A stretch of 63,031 bases of DNA, filler included, from Phoronis australis (lineage: Eukaryota; Animalia; Phoronida), in NCBI GenBank assembly GCA_002633005.1. It is 6 parts of 6 records of this genome, joined end to end, with 100 filler letters (N's around TTAATTAATTAA, not from the genome) between each part and the next. Parts side by side here need not be neighbours in the genome. Positions count along the whole stretch, not along the records: positions 33,795 to 61,785 come from NMRA01000500.1; 5 more parts are not named here. One strand, 5' to 3'. Shown one piece after another: positions 35,082 through 47,483 of the stretch. Numbering within the stretch: the first letter of the stretch is position 1; each line of letters starts with the position of its first letter. The notes below the pieces were generated by a model. It was not told where the DNA came from. It saw only the letters and a program-made list of their open reading frames with translations, and did not search any database. The position numbers and the translations under genes were made by a program.

Positions 35082-38000
35082 GTGACTGTCCAGCTGGTGA
35101 GCAAGTTAACCCCAATGACGCGACCAAATGTAGCAAGTGTGATCAAGGCTCCTATCGTAACAAGACTGAGTCATGGACATGCAAGCAGTGCCCTAATGAC
35201 CGTACAACACCAACTAATGGGTCAGTTTCAGAAGCTGATTGTTTGTGGGGTGAGCATGATTTTTGTTTTCTCGTGACTTACTGTTTTTAATATGTACCTC
35301 AAATTATAAGATTTTTTCTCACAGTTGCCCATGGTTTGGCTCAAAGCTGATATGGGGTTTGCACGATTTTGTATCAATGAAAATTTTGACAATAGTTTTA
35401 TGTTGCTTCTAAAGGTTTGCTTAGTAATTCATGGGAAATGATTGCAAAGTTTTCTTCTTCAGCTAAATGTGGACCTGGAGAGTTCATTAACAAGACAAAG
35501 GACTATAACTGTACAAAGTGTGCCAATGGCTACTACCAGAACAAACCACTGCAAATGGAATGTGTACAGTGTCCGAAGGATATGGATACATTGGGAAAAG
35601 AAGGGTCTACAGCACAATCAGACTGTAAATGTAAGTCATAATTCTGGTGCTATGTGTGAAAAGAAAAATGTTAAAAAGTATCGAGTTTGTTTAGTTAATG
35701 TTTATTACATTGTACCTTGACTATACTTCAGATGCATGTCTGAACAATGCTTGTGACAAGAATGCTGTTTGCACTGTGGTCAACAGACTTCCCTTTTGTA
35801 CGTGCACTTCTGGCTATTCTGGAAATGGCTCTCAAGGTTTTTGTACTCGTAAGTCTCAACTCATTTTGAATCTTTCTCATTGCATAATTGAATAGTAAGT
35901 TTATGATATTTTCTTCACTTTTCATTTCTGGGTTGTTTTGTACGTTATTTGTGTTTAGTTCGAAATTAACTACCTGAAAAATGCGTGTTTTCAGTTAGTC
36001 ATGTTGAACAGTTGTCTTACATATGTTTGTGAACTGCTTTCTGTTCTCACTTAGATTACAAATGTTAAATCTCACCGGCTAACTTACACCAATACTGGTG
36101 GACATGTGAATTTTATTTTCTAAATTTTCAGTAAATATATGTTGCGAAAACTTAATTTTTTGCATTCAAGTTCACAACGTTTGACATTATTTAGAAAATG
36201 TACGTTAGAAGCCTTTGAAAATGAATAAGTTGCAGTTTTGCCCATTATTTTTGCTAATTTTTAACCACAATAAGTCCCCCCTTTCTTCGTAATCACCTTG
36301 TGAACACAAAACCTTTTGTAAAAGCTGCATTGAAATCCATTTCCAGACTTGTGTGACCTTGGGGTGTGTCAGAATGGTGCAACTTGCAAGAAGATGGTGC
36401 GAACACCCGGATATATATGTCAGTGTACTGATGATTTTGGGGGCGATAATTGTACAAGACTTGAAAGTATGTATTTATATTGTTATACATCAACTACTGT
36501 AAGGATACAATGTATATGTTTGAAGTTAATGACTGCTTCATGTTGTACAATATAAGAATAATAATGACTGCTTCACATTCCACAGTATAGGAATAATAAT
36601 GACTGCTTCACATTCCACAGTATAGGAATAATAATGACTGCTTCACATTGCACAATGACTGCTCCACGTTGCACAATATAGGAATAATACTAAGCGGGCT
36701 CATCAAAGATACTCTAACATCATGTGAACTGCATTTTGTTTTTGTTGTGTGTTCATTTTTGTTTTAGGCTGGATATAATGTTATCATAAGTCAAGTAGTC
36801 AGGTCAATAAAACTGACTGACGGCAATGCAGTAAACCAGTAATAGTTTCATCTAAAAATCAGTAGATACTTTTCTGTCTGTAAATTAATATGAAACATCA
36901 TAAGGTGAATGCTGTCATACGTATTCATTTCATTGCAGTATATGATTACTGTAGTCCTAGAGCTCAACACATCATCCTATTAGGTACTAGCTGGAGTTGA
37001 GTGTCATTCATTCCACTTTCAGCCTATGACAACCAACACCTAACCATCGTGTTCGCTAGTGTTGGTGGTGGTACTGCTGTGATTCTGCTGGCGCTGGCTG
37101 TGCTTCTCATGTGTTATAGACTCAGGTAGGTGTTCAGTGACAGGGAATCTTTGTCCACCAATTCCTAGATAGCAGTTACAAAGTGCAAATGTCATTATTT
37201 GAGTCCTCTGGCTCTACAGTTGTTGAGTGCTGCATTGCTATCTCCACTGGATTAATCACCTACCATGAAATTTTCTGTAACCCATAATTTTAAAATGTTT
37301 TTGTTCAAAACTAGTGTCTAATCAGTTATTAATTCACCAGGGTTGTATCTGAAAATATGCCCGTAATTAGCATGGCTTATCAGCTGCAACAATAACTCAC
37401 AAGAAGCTGTGCCTGAAAGAATGTGGATAAAACCAGGTTGTGATGATGGAATCTGGTTTAAAGGGTATGTCCACCGCATGTTTTGATGTTAGCAGCTTTG
37501 CCTTTTGTCGCAATTGGTTAGTAGGATTTTTACTTCCCAACAAATGACCTAAATTAGGAAACATACGAGTAACTCTAACAAACTGTGATCTGAAGATTTT
37601 CCTTGCACAAATAGCACTTTATTCCTGTCGTCAAAATGGATACCTCTCCACTCAAGTCAAGTGGCAAGTTGACCAACCTCGCCAAAATTTTGACAGTCTT
37701 TTTTTACTCGCCAATGGCCAGAATGATTCGTTGAAGATGAATGTAATGGCATGATGGACCTAGTACAGGTGAACATTCAGGCCAAAACCCAATTAAATTT
37801 GTGAATTGAAGCACAAGTTTCCATTACCCCATTCCCTGCCAACACAATAGAGTCCCATGTGACTGGGCTGTTAACAGTCAACAGGCACAGATAGTTTTAT
37901 GACATAATGAGGTGTCATAAAGGATTACATAGGTGACAAAGCAGCCCAGCAATTAGCATTAGCAAATTCCAATGGTTGGGATGATCATTCTGTAGTTCAC

Positions 38001-38387
38001 TGAACTGCATGACTGACTTAGGTTACATTGAGAACATGGAGAACATATTACCTTAAAGTATGCCAATTTTTTGTATGAAGGTAAACAAGCACTCGTGATT
38101 GCTGTTGAGCACAAATGTTTGCATTTATCAATGAATTAATTAACTGTGTTTATCCTGTAGGATGAAGCAGAAGGAGGGGATTATGAAGGAGCAAGTATAC
38201 AATGCCATGTACGATAATCCATTACAAATGATGCGAACTTCCATCAACAGTCAAGCAGCACTACGAAACAAAACAACAACTTCGTTTCCTGAGCGAAGTT
38301 TTGGCTCATCACCGTACATGTTCTATGACGACACGGAAGATATGAACCAAGTGGAATCCAATGCAGTGTTTAATGCGGCATTCATGG
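35082..38387 (+). CDS. 3' portion of a type I membrane protein: 2 GCC2/GCC3 (ephrin-receptor-like) repeats, 2 EGF domains, TM, cytoplasmic tail. Exons: 35082-35249, 35463-35630, 35732-35848, 36347-36466, 37023-37125, 38161-38387
   Basis: Phase-1 modular exons with AG/GT; CPAG..CSKCDQGSY..CKQCP..T..GS...DC; CGPG..CTKCANGYYQ..CVQCP; EGF CDKNAVC..CTCTSGYSGNG and CQNGATC..CQCTDDFGGDNC; TM IVFASVGGGTAVILLALAVLLMCY; 5' exons and final exon not established. Confidence 0.88.
36527..36690. repeat. ~35-bp minisatellite, 4-5 degenerate copies
   Basis: aatgactgcttcacattccacagtataggaataat. Confidence 0.85.
37755..37930. repeat. Dispersed repeat; inverted copy at ~48790-48950
   Basis: ccaaaacccaattaa...aacagtcaacaggcaca...cataatgaggtgtcataaa versus its reverse complement. 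Confidence 0.75.
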
Positions 38388-39941
38388 GTATGTGTCTTTC
38401 TAGCTGCCAGTCTGGAAAGAAGAAAATACGTCAGTTCTAATGTGTTATTGTTTGTGCCTTGGATTACACAAGTCGGGCTGATTAACGTTATGTGTTATAA
38501 GTTTCCAAAGGTGAAAAGGAGACCAAAGTTTGAAAAACTAAAGGTAATTTTATTGTGACAAAATATTAGTACAAATTACACGCAGAAGGTAATAATTTTA
38601 AATTGAAAAGAGATTGAACTCCAAAATCTGTGTTGATAACATGAGGCAATGACGCTGAAAACAAGTGAGTTTACAAACTAATTCCTAAAAACACATGATG
38701 ACTGACAGCCTCTAGATCTAGAAACACGACGGCGTTTTCCCGTTGCTCCCAACTTGTTTGATTCTATAGCCCAACAACAATTGGGGAAGATGACCCCTGT
38801 AGCCAATATCTTGCATGACTGATTAACTCCATTCTGGCATTGGTTGGAGGGCCAGCTCTCTTTTGTTTGATAATTGCTCTAATCTTCAATAACATCCTAT
38901 TTAGCCTGACTGGGCTGTGCTGTTAAAAATAAAAGTTAATTTGCAACATATTTGAACATAAACCAATAGCATTTCTGAATTCCTTGTCAAATGTTGATCA
39001 TGTATACCGTACTCGTCCGGGTTACCGCCCAGGGCGCTTAAATTGGGAATCTAATAAATAGAGGGGGCGGTAAGCCGAGCATTGGTGGTTAAAATCAAAA
39101 AAAAATTTCGGGAGTGGGTGGTTGCTGTACAAAGGACCAATTTATCCTCACGGAGCTACACTGACATCGGACTTCAAGCATGTCACTTAAAATATACGTC
39201 GGCGGATTGAAGTAACGGAATAGCGCACACGATACAGTGGCGCCGTGATCCCGAGTGTGATTGGGTTTTTACATACCTCAGTTGCTGCTCGTCATGTCTT
39301 GGAACTAAGGTATTCTTACAGATAGACTGCCTTCAGTAGGGCAAGTTTCTTGAGAAAAAACAAGATCAGACAAGACTACCCTTGATCGTCATGGGAAGTA
39401 GGTGATTTTGTAAAGATATGCTGCCCCTAGTTCCTTTGGCAACCAAGCATGTGCTAATGATTGACAGCCGGTCTTTCTTCTAAATACTTTGAACCTAGTT
39501 TGAGCAATGTAACACATTGTATATCTCTTTCTGTGCTGAACAGCCAAACCGACCTCCCAGAATTTGTTAAAAGCAGTGCTCAACAATTTGACGATACTAC
39601 TATTAGGCAATAGGGGTGGTCGGTCGGCTGCAAAGATAATGAACCAAAAACACGTCATGTAAAAAGCAAAAATACATGTAAAAAGTCAAGAGGCAAATCA
39701 AGAGTTCAAAAAATAAGTTTTTGACCACGTAGATGTGGATAGAATGTTCGACTTGCGCTTATTTACAAGTTGATTTCTTGTGCTGTTGGTTTTGGTGTCA
39801 AGGGTGAGTCATGAAAAAACATGCGTTTAACGAAGACACCTAACAGTGTCCTGTATCTGGTTGTATTCAAAACAATGCGTCCAAAATAATGTCAGTGGAG
39901 TTTCCAAAGTCGTTGGTCATGTACCCAGCTGAGTGTGCACG

Positions 39942-41735
39942 TTTTTTTACTTGGCGGAATAAATTTCACCGAGTATGTTGCTCTTCCATCAAGTTTTTTT
40001 TTTGTTTATTTGTCAGTGTTCGCGCGATACAGGTCGCAAGTTTCATCCAATCATCACGAAATTTACACATAAAATGTAGTTCCGGAAGTACTGGAAGCCT
40101 ATTGTTTTTCATCAAAATCGGATCCAAAATGGCGGCTGTGGTGGCCATTTTGTTTTCATTTTAAGATTCAAAGCCTTCTGGAGGCTACAATTTTTTACAT
40201 ACAGGTTTGAAATTCAGCACAATTAATGGACTGGATGTGCACTACATGTGTACCGGAAATTGTTGACTTCCTTTTAAAGATGGCGGAAATATTGGCATTC
40301 GCGTATGCGCACCTCGATTTCGGGAAAAACGTTTTCTCCTGTAGAGGGGGCAATAAAGGGCCAATTCCTTTGAATTTTTGCGGTTATTAGTTTTTTATGA
40401 CTTGCTATTACACAAAGCCAAAAAACTGGAAGTTGCTTTCAAGATGGCGGATCTGGCGCATGTCGACCTATTTTCAGTCGTGCTGAGGTGCCATTTAAAC
40501 GGGAGGAGAAGGTGACATGAATTTTTGCATGTGGATTCTCTAAGGTATAATCTTTCAAGTGAATTCTAACAAATTTTTTCTCAGACTAACGGTTTTCGAG
40601 ATATTTGACTTTAAATTTCTTAAAAAAAACTCAAAATTTCATTTTTTTTCGAAAAATTTACAGAATTGTGTGTTCTATCAATTTAGATAGAGTTTTGAAC
40701 GGGCTTTCAGAAGATGTTTTCCATTTTTTGCTATGACGTCCACTTTTCGAGTTATTTGAGATTTTCTGATAACGTTGTTCCTTTGTTGAGAACTCTTGCT
40801 GCATTGATGTTGGTTTAGCTTCTATTGAACTAGACTGTAGCCTATTTCTTATTGATTGATGACATCTAAGTTCATCATATGAATGTTATGATGTTGTTCA
40901 TCATCTCCACCACCATCATCATATTTGTCATCTTCGTCATCATCTTCGACGTCGTATTTTCTTCAGTTAGTTTCGCCAAGTGTCACTCAAGACTGTAGCC
41001 TATCTCTTAGTGATTTCTGACATCTACGTTTGTCATATGAATGATATCATAACTTGCATTGTCCATCATCGCCACCATCGTCATCATCGCTATCATCATC
41101 GGCATCATCTCTGTCGTCTTTTCTGGTCATCTCTAACGTGGTTTTTTGGTTAATTTCGCCAAGTTTCGCTCCTCGGAGCGCTTTCATGTTGTTTGTTACC
41201 CCAACAGCATTAAAAATTGTTTGTTCGCACGATACAGGTCGCAATTTTCGTGCGGCTGTGGCGGCCATTTTGTTTTCATTTTAAGATTCAAAGGCTTCTG
41301 CAGGCTACAATTTTTTACGTACAGAGCTGAAAATCAGCACAATTAATGGACCGGATGTGCACTGCATGTATAATGGAAATTGTTTACTTCCGTTTAAAAT
41401 GGCAGAAATATTGGCACTTGCGCATGCGTACCTCGATTTCAGGGAAAAAAATGTTTTCTCCTGTAGAGGGCGCATTATAGGGCCAATTCCTTCGAATTTT
41501 TTCAGATATTAGTTTTTTATGATATGCTAATATTTAAAGCCAAAAAACCGGACGTTGCTTTCAAGATGGCGGATCTGGTGCATGTTGACCCATTTTCAGT
41601 CGTGCTGGAGTGCCATTTTAAACGAGAAGAGAGAATGACGTGAATTTTTGCATGTAGATTCTTTGAAGTATACTCTTTCAAATGAACTGTAACAATTTTT
41701 TTCGCCAAGTTTCGCTTCTCGGAGCGCTTTCATTT
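39942..41735 (+). mobile_element. Helentron/HINE-like family 2 with partial tandem duplication (~40020-40580 vs ~41225-41700)
   Basis: 5' ttttttacttggcg and 3' cgccaagt inverted repeat followed by gctcc-tc-ggagc hairpin and T-rich end (at ~41157 and ~41703). Confidence 0.65.
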
Positions 41736-42819
41736 ATTTCATTGCTCTGGGTGGAGATGTTTCATGTACTGTCATGGGGAATCCAGAAAGGTAGGCCACG
41801 GACTTGAAATTCTTGTCAAGTACCGCTTTGTTGGTTCTTCCACGGCAATGAAATACATTCGACAAGTGCTGTCTCAGTGATCAGTACATGCTGACACGAG
41901 TTCCGCGTGTGAGCCAAAGGAAACAGTTGTGTCTCCTTTAGTAAGGGGCATGAGAATACAGGTATTTTACCGCCATAATAAGGCAAGGTGCCGGTTCCGC
42001 TAAAACTGATTGTCATTGAAAGGTAAGCGACTTGCGCACGTTTTGGAATCTTAGGTTTGCGAGATGAAGGTTCACAAAAGCACACACACTTTTAAGGAGG
42101 TCTCGATCATAAAAAATTGGGTTTGGGCAGTAAGTTGAGCATGGCCGCTTAAAAATGAAATTTTTGGGGTGGGCAGTAAGCCGAACATGGGTGGTAACCT
42201 ACCAGACGAGCACGGTAGTTTTTGAATCGCCAAAATCGCCCAAGTGCAACCGAAGTTAGGACAATCTATTCTAACCGAATGTACCAATTTGCTCTGGGTT
42301 TGACTGTGTTTACATGTGGTCTGTAGATAATTAGCCTGTCTGTTGTTGTACCAGACAAACTGTGCTTGGCAGTTAACAAAGAAGCTAGATGTTATCACAC
42401 ACTCACAACCCTCTATGTCTGGTAAAGTCACTGAACGGAAAAAAGCCGTCATGAACTTTGAGCTAACCAAGCTCATGGCATGGGATAGAACAGGCCAATA
42501 AGACGGCTGGAAATAGGCATCATTTAGCCTTGCACAAACGAATTAGTGGACCGGTCTAAAGAGTGAAATGCGATGTTTGATCTGGGAGATTGGATGCATT
42601 GTACCAAGCATATACTACATAGTGCCAGCACGTGCAACTGATGTTTACTGTGAAAGTATAAAATAACTGCAGTTTATTTGAAAAGAAATGTGGTGATAAG
42701 AATTAGAATTTTATAAGAAGGTAAAACTTGGAAGAAAAATATGCTGTTAATGGTAGGAAGATCATCTACCATTCCTTTACAAGATATGTGTCTGGGCATA
42801 CTGTAATGCGTGAAGTTTA

Positions 42820-44140
42820 AGGCAAAGGCAATCTTTTTTCATGTCATATTTAGCAAAAATAAGGTTCGTTGATTATCCCAGATATATTTTTCACTTATTT
42901 ACTGCTTTTCGTAATTTAATTAATTACTCGTCGTCTACTCCGGAAGTGACGTTTTGGGAGGCAAGAATTTCGCGCAAATTTCTTTTCATATAGTCTGACT
43001 GTGAGAGCAGTCGAGTCAGTCATTGTTCTACCTCGGTTGTGATAAGTTCGGTCGTCGTTTGCTTTTGCTTACAAGTCAGTCAACATGCCACGCTGTTGCT
43101 ACGTATTGGGGTGTACTCATCGTCTCACGTACAGAGGAAGAACTGTCCCACTTGCCCGAGTGTCCTGCGACACACTCCCACTGGAGGGTGATTTGAGCAC
43201 CCAAACTGCTTACATCCCGCTGTGTGACTCGCTCGCTACACACCTGGCACCTTCTAAATAGCTCCAGTACAAGTCCACAACAAACTTATCAAACTTAGGC
43301 TCACAGATCTGTCCATTGGATGACGAAATATCCTTTTCACTGGGTGTCAAACTGGGCCTGTATTCACCACCACTATTCATCATTGCTGCAGGGCTGCTTA
43401 CAGGCTCTGGGCTAGAGACAACAGCACAGAGCAAATCACTGCTAGTTCCCGGAAGTGCACGCAATGGCGTACACTCGGAGGCACGGGTGACAGATGAAGA
43501 GCCTCCAGTCACTGTGTATAGTGGCCACAGCTCACGAGGCTTCTCGCTTCAAAAACGCACTTCTCGGGGTTGGCGACGGGGCACTGCCGGGAATCAACAG
43601 CAATGGTATGGTACCCTTCTTCAGGCGTTGTTTCGCAGGAACCTTCATCAATTCGGCGTACATATCTCTGTCGTAATCTGACGGCAGAAAATGCTTGCCA
43701 CACACTCGGTAACCCTACACTGCTTTGTACGTTGCGTGGACAGGTAGCGCTGCGTTCTTCACATGAACGAGCTAGCCAAGTACGGGGAAGTGTGTCGTCC
43801 TTCGGAAAGCGACGCAAGGTACCCAAGGCGATTTTGAGACGATGAGTACATTCCAGCACGCAGCAACAGCATGGTGACTGATCGACTTGTAAACAAAAGC
43901 AAACGACGACCGAACTTATCACAACTGAGGTATAACGATGACTGACTCGACAGCTCTCAGTCAGACCGTAATGAAAACAAATTGTTGTGAAACTCTTGCC
44001 TCCCAAAACGTCACTTCCGGAGTAGAGGACGAGAAATTAATCAAATTACGAAAAGCTGTAATTAAGTGAAAAATGTGTCTGGGATAATCAACGAACCTTA
44101 TTTTTGCTAAAAGTGACATGAAAAAAGGTTGCCTTCGCCT
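42820..44140 (-). mobile_element. Non-autonomous Kolobok-like DNA transposon, ~305-bp TIRs, TTAA-type flanks, degenerate THAP domain
   Basis: ttta-AGGCAAAGGCAATC...GGTTGCCTTCGCCT-ttaa; minus strand ~43875-43586 reads CCVLEC...FPKD..TW.. then, frameshifted, YRVCGKHF...RLKKGTIP (THAP C2CH). Confidence 0.8.
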
Positions 44141-44422
44141 TTAATAGAGAAGCTAGTATTTGGATGCAAGAGCCTGTTGTTTCACTAAAAGGACTTGTCA
44201 CCTTTTTAGTTATAAGTGGGATTTAAGCCTGTTGTATTTTTTGTCTGTGTTTCTCAAACAAAATTTGTCACTGGTTGTAACTGCGCCTGTCGTAAGTAAT
44301 AGAACAAGCTGTAAATTTGGTAGCACTGATATTAGTTAGTTATTAATGCAGGCAAACATAATTAATATTGAAGGAGCCTGTTAATTTAGCATTAAAATGT
44401 GCTTATTTCATGTTTCACCCAG

Positions 44423-44442
44423 GTGCATGTGTACTGGCCTAA
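44423..44442 (+). CDS. Possible terminal micro-exon of the EGF/TM gene (GACVLA*), AATAAA at 44471
   Basis: tttcacccag acceptor, phase 1 compatible, nearby polyA signal; no homology support and alternatives exist (e.g. 47222). Confidence 0.2.
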
Positions 44443-45154
44443 ATCTTATCATTACGTATTGTTTTTTTATAATAAACTTGAAAAAAATCCAGGTTCCGAA
44501 TTCTTAGGAGTAGTTCTTGCAGGAATTTTTTGTTAATCATATTAGACTTTTTGACCTTTATAGTGAAACATGCGTCAGCTGAACTCTGAGTTTTCTTAAC
44601 ACGATTTCGAGTTTAAAGTGACTAATTCAATTNATTTTGTGAGATCTCAGTGAATTTGCAATCATTTTGAATGTCATAGATTACAAGGCATTAGGTATTC
44701 AGCTTAGTAAACGTGCAAAACTTTCGACTGTGAAACAATGGTCAGTTCTGGTCATGTGAAATTCGTCAGTCCTGTGACCATTATTAACTTAGATCAATAA
44801 TGAAAGACTAGTCATGTGGCCATTTCTCCATTACACTGGTCCCCACCCTGCGATTGTCCTCTCACAACTATTCAACATGCTCTCTGCATTCAGCCAACAA
44901 AATGGAAAAGTAATTATTGTCTGAACACCTTTCTTAGGAGTGGTGGTTGTTATTGCACTGAAACTGGCATTTCTCTGGCATTTAATTTGCACAGGCTTAC
45001 AGCGTGAAATGTCAAAAATATGATTTTGATTTGGTACATTCTTAACATTGCAAAATGACTAAACCCAGCAACTTGCGTTCATCTTGACAAGGGGCCACTT
45101 CCCAAACGACCGTTGGTTTTGGATTATGTTACATACCAGTTTTTGTCATTTTAT

Positions 45155-46020
45155 TTTTATGCGCCCACATATAATATGTTAGTGCATTTGGCCATCATCT
45201 CTGTATGTGGGCGTCCGGTGTCTGCAGCTGTATCTCCTAAACCGCTTACAGGATCTTGATGAGATTTGGCAGATGTGTTTCTATGAAGCTGGCAACAGAT
45301 GATGACGAATTTCGGACAGATCCCACTACCGGTGTGCCCCCTAGTGGCAGTTTTAGCTTTTTACGTTTACCTCAGTCTGTATCGTTAAAGATCCTCAAGG
45401 GATTTTTACGAAATTTGGCAGATAGGTATCAATTAGTAAGATAATGTTATATCCCGTTTTCGGACGGATTCAAGGTATTTTGCACCACCTAGTGACCATT
45501 TTTAATGTTTTCTAATCTGTTTTTTGGTGTCTGCCCCTCTATCAACCAAAGCACTCTAAGGGTGATTGTTGAAATTGCCATATATGTTCTTAGTTTAAGG
45601 ATGATTGACGATGATTTTCCAACGACTTTGACTGCTGTGGCGCCTCCTAGTGGCAGTTTTGTTTTTTGCGGCCATAGCTGTTTCTCCTAAACTTACTGCA
45701 GGATCTTAATTAAATTTAGCAAATGTATTTATGTGATGATGACAACAAACGACGACGACTTTCAGACGGATCCGACAAATGCTGTGTCCCCTGGTGGCAG
45801 TTTCATTTTTTCCGTTTTCGTCTGCATCTCTGAAGTTCCTTGAAATTTGGTAAATAGCTTTCATTTAAATAATGATATGTTCTCGTTTCGGATGGATTCA
45901 ACGTACTTTGCACCATCTAGTGGCCACTTTTATAAATAAATACAAATAAGGACCCTAGAAGCACACCATTTGCGGTGCATTCTTGCATGGCACATTTCAA
46001 CGCTCCTTGTTGCTCTTGTT
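45155..46020 (+). mobile_element. Helentron/HINE-like family 1, apparently complete copy
   Basis: 5' tttttatgcgcccaca; central ~145-bp subunits; 3' catttcaacgctccttgttgctcttgtt. Confidence 0.72.
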
Positions 46021-47409
46021 AATACTCTACGGTACCGTAGTCTACTTTGTTTTGTTTCCTGCCATGCTGCTTTCTTTTGATCTTATGTTTAAGTTTGAAG
46101 TCCCAAAACGGTGGCAGATATTGATCATCAGACAAACGTGGTAGTGAGCTCATGCCCACCGACTCATCTTCTCATTGGCTTTGAAGCTAGCCTTAGTCTT
46201 TACAACACCTGTATCATCGCCAGCTGATTGTCGTCATTTTGCATACTGTCGCGAATATCACAGTTTTCCTGTAGCATGTTACTCCTCAAATAAAATAGTT
46301 CAACGTGACTGGGCGGTGAGCGCTGTCTTAAAAGCTATTGACACTTAATTTGGTCACCATACGTTGTTTTTATTTGTTGTAGTGTATTTTAGTCATGTGC
46401 TAAAAGAATAAACCACGTGATATTGTTGATTAGGATCAGTGTTTGTAAATCCTCCTAGTATATCAATACTCACGGACATTTCGCTTCAATCTGTAACCAA
46501 TGTTTGTAAACTTAACTTGTTGGTTCACCTGGTATTTTTCAAATTTGAAAATCATACTGTGTTGCTTACTACAGCTGAATACCATTGTAACATCTACTTT
46601 TAACAAAAATTATTGGTTTATACATTTTGAAAATTCACCAGTATGTGCAGGCATCACAACTGTCTGACTCTGGAGCCACGCACTCATTGATCTTGGTTAA
46701 AGCTGCCCAGTGCACAGGTGAAGAACCAGCAGTAAAAATTCCTGCATATCTTTAGAAGTTGACAGTGTTTTGCAGTAGAAGTGATGGTGCAGCAGGTTGT
46801 GAAAATTGTACAAAAACTAAAATAGTTATTTTGCTTTGTAGAGCCAGACCATGGATTTTGGAGATGAGTTTTGAACTGTAAGTATTTGCAGTTGAGTTAA
46901 GTGGCAGGGTCAATAACATGTATATATATATGGTCACCATTCAGATATACACATATAGAGTAGCTAACTGGCTGAATATATCTATATCTATACATCTAGA
47001 TATTGATATAGATATAGATATATAACCCCCTTTTGTAATTTTGAAAATGCGTTATCAATTGATAATCAGATGCTGTTGCTCAAATCTCTGAATGACTTGA
47101 AACGTGCATGATTAGTGAAAGTGATGCTAGTTTTGAGTTGGCACATCGGGTGCAGGGATAGAACAAAAAGTGGTATGTCATAGTATTTTATATGCTTTAG
47201 TTTACCCTTTGTGTTTTATAGGTACAAGCAGTGTGCTGTTTTGGATGTCTGGGAGAAAACATGTGCCATCCTAAAAAGCTTTGAACTGTTTTTTCTGTTT
47301 ACTTGATCCAATTTTTTGTCGTTTGGATACTGGCAGCTTCTTATATGATGTAAAGGTTAATTAGAAGAAACTTGTACGGTCAATCATTGCCGTCCAATGT
47401 GCTATAAGA

Positions 47410-47410
<1 letters not shown>

Positions 47411-47480
<70 letters not shown>
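47411..47480. repeat. (TA)n microsatellite, ~35 units
   Basis: Direct reading. Confidence 0.97.

Positions 47481-47483
<3 letters not shown>

Noticed and set aside
41047-41284. Asp-rich / Ser-rich ORFs
   Set aside because: Degenerate (CAT/CGT)n tract within a repeat element
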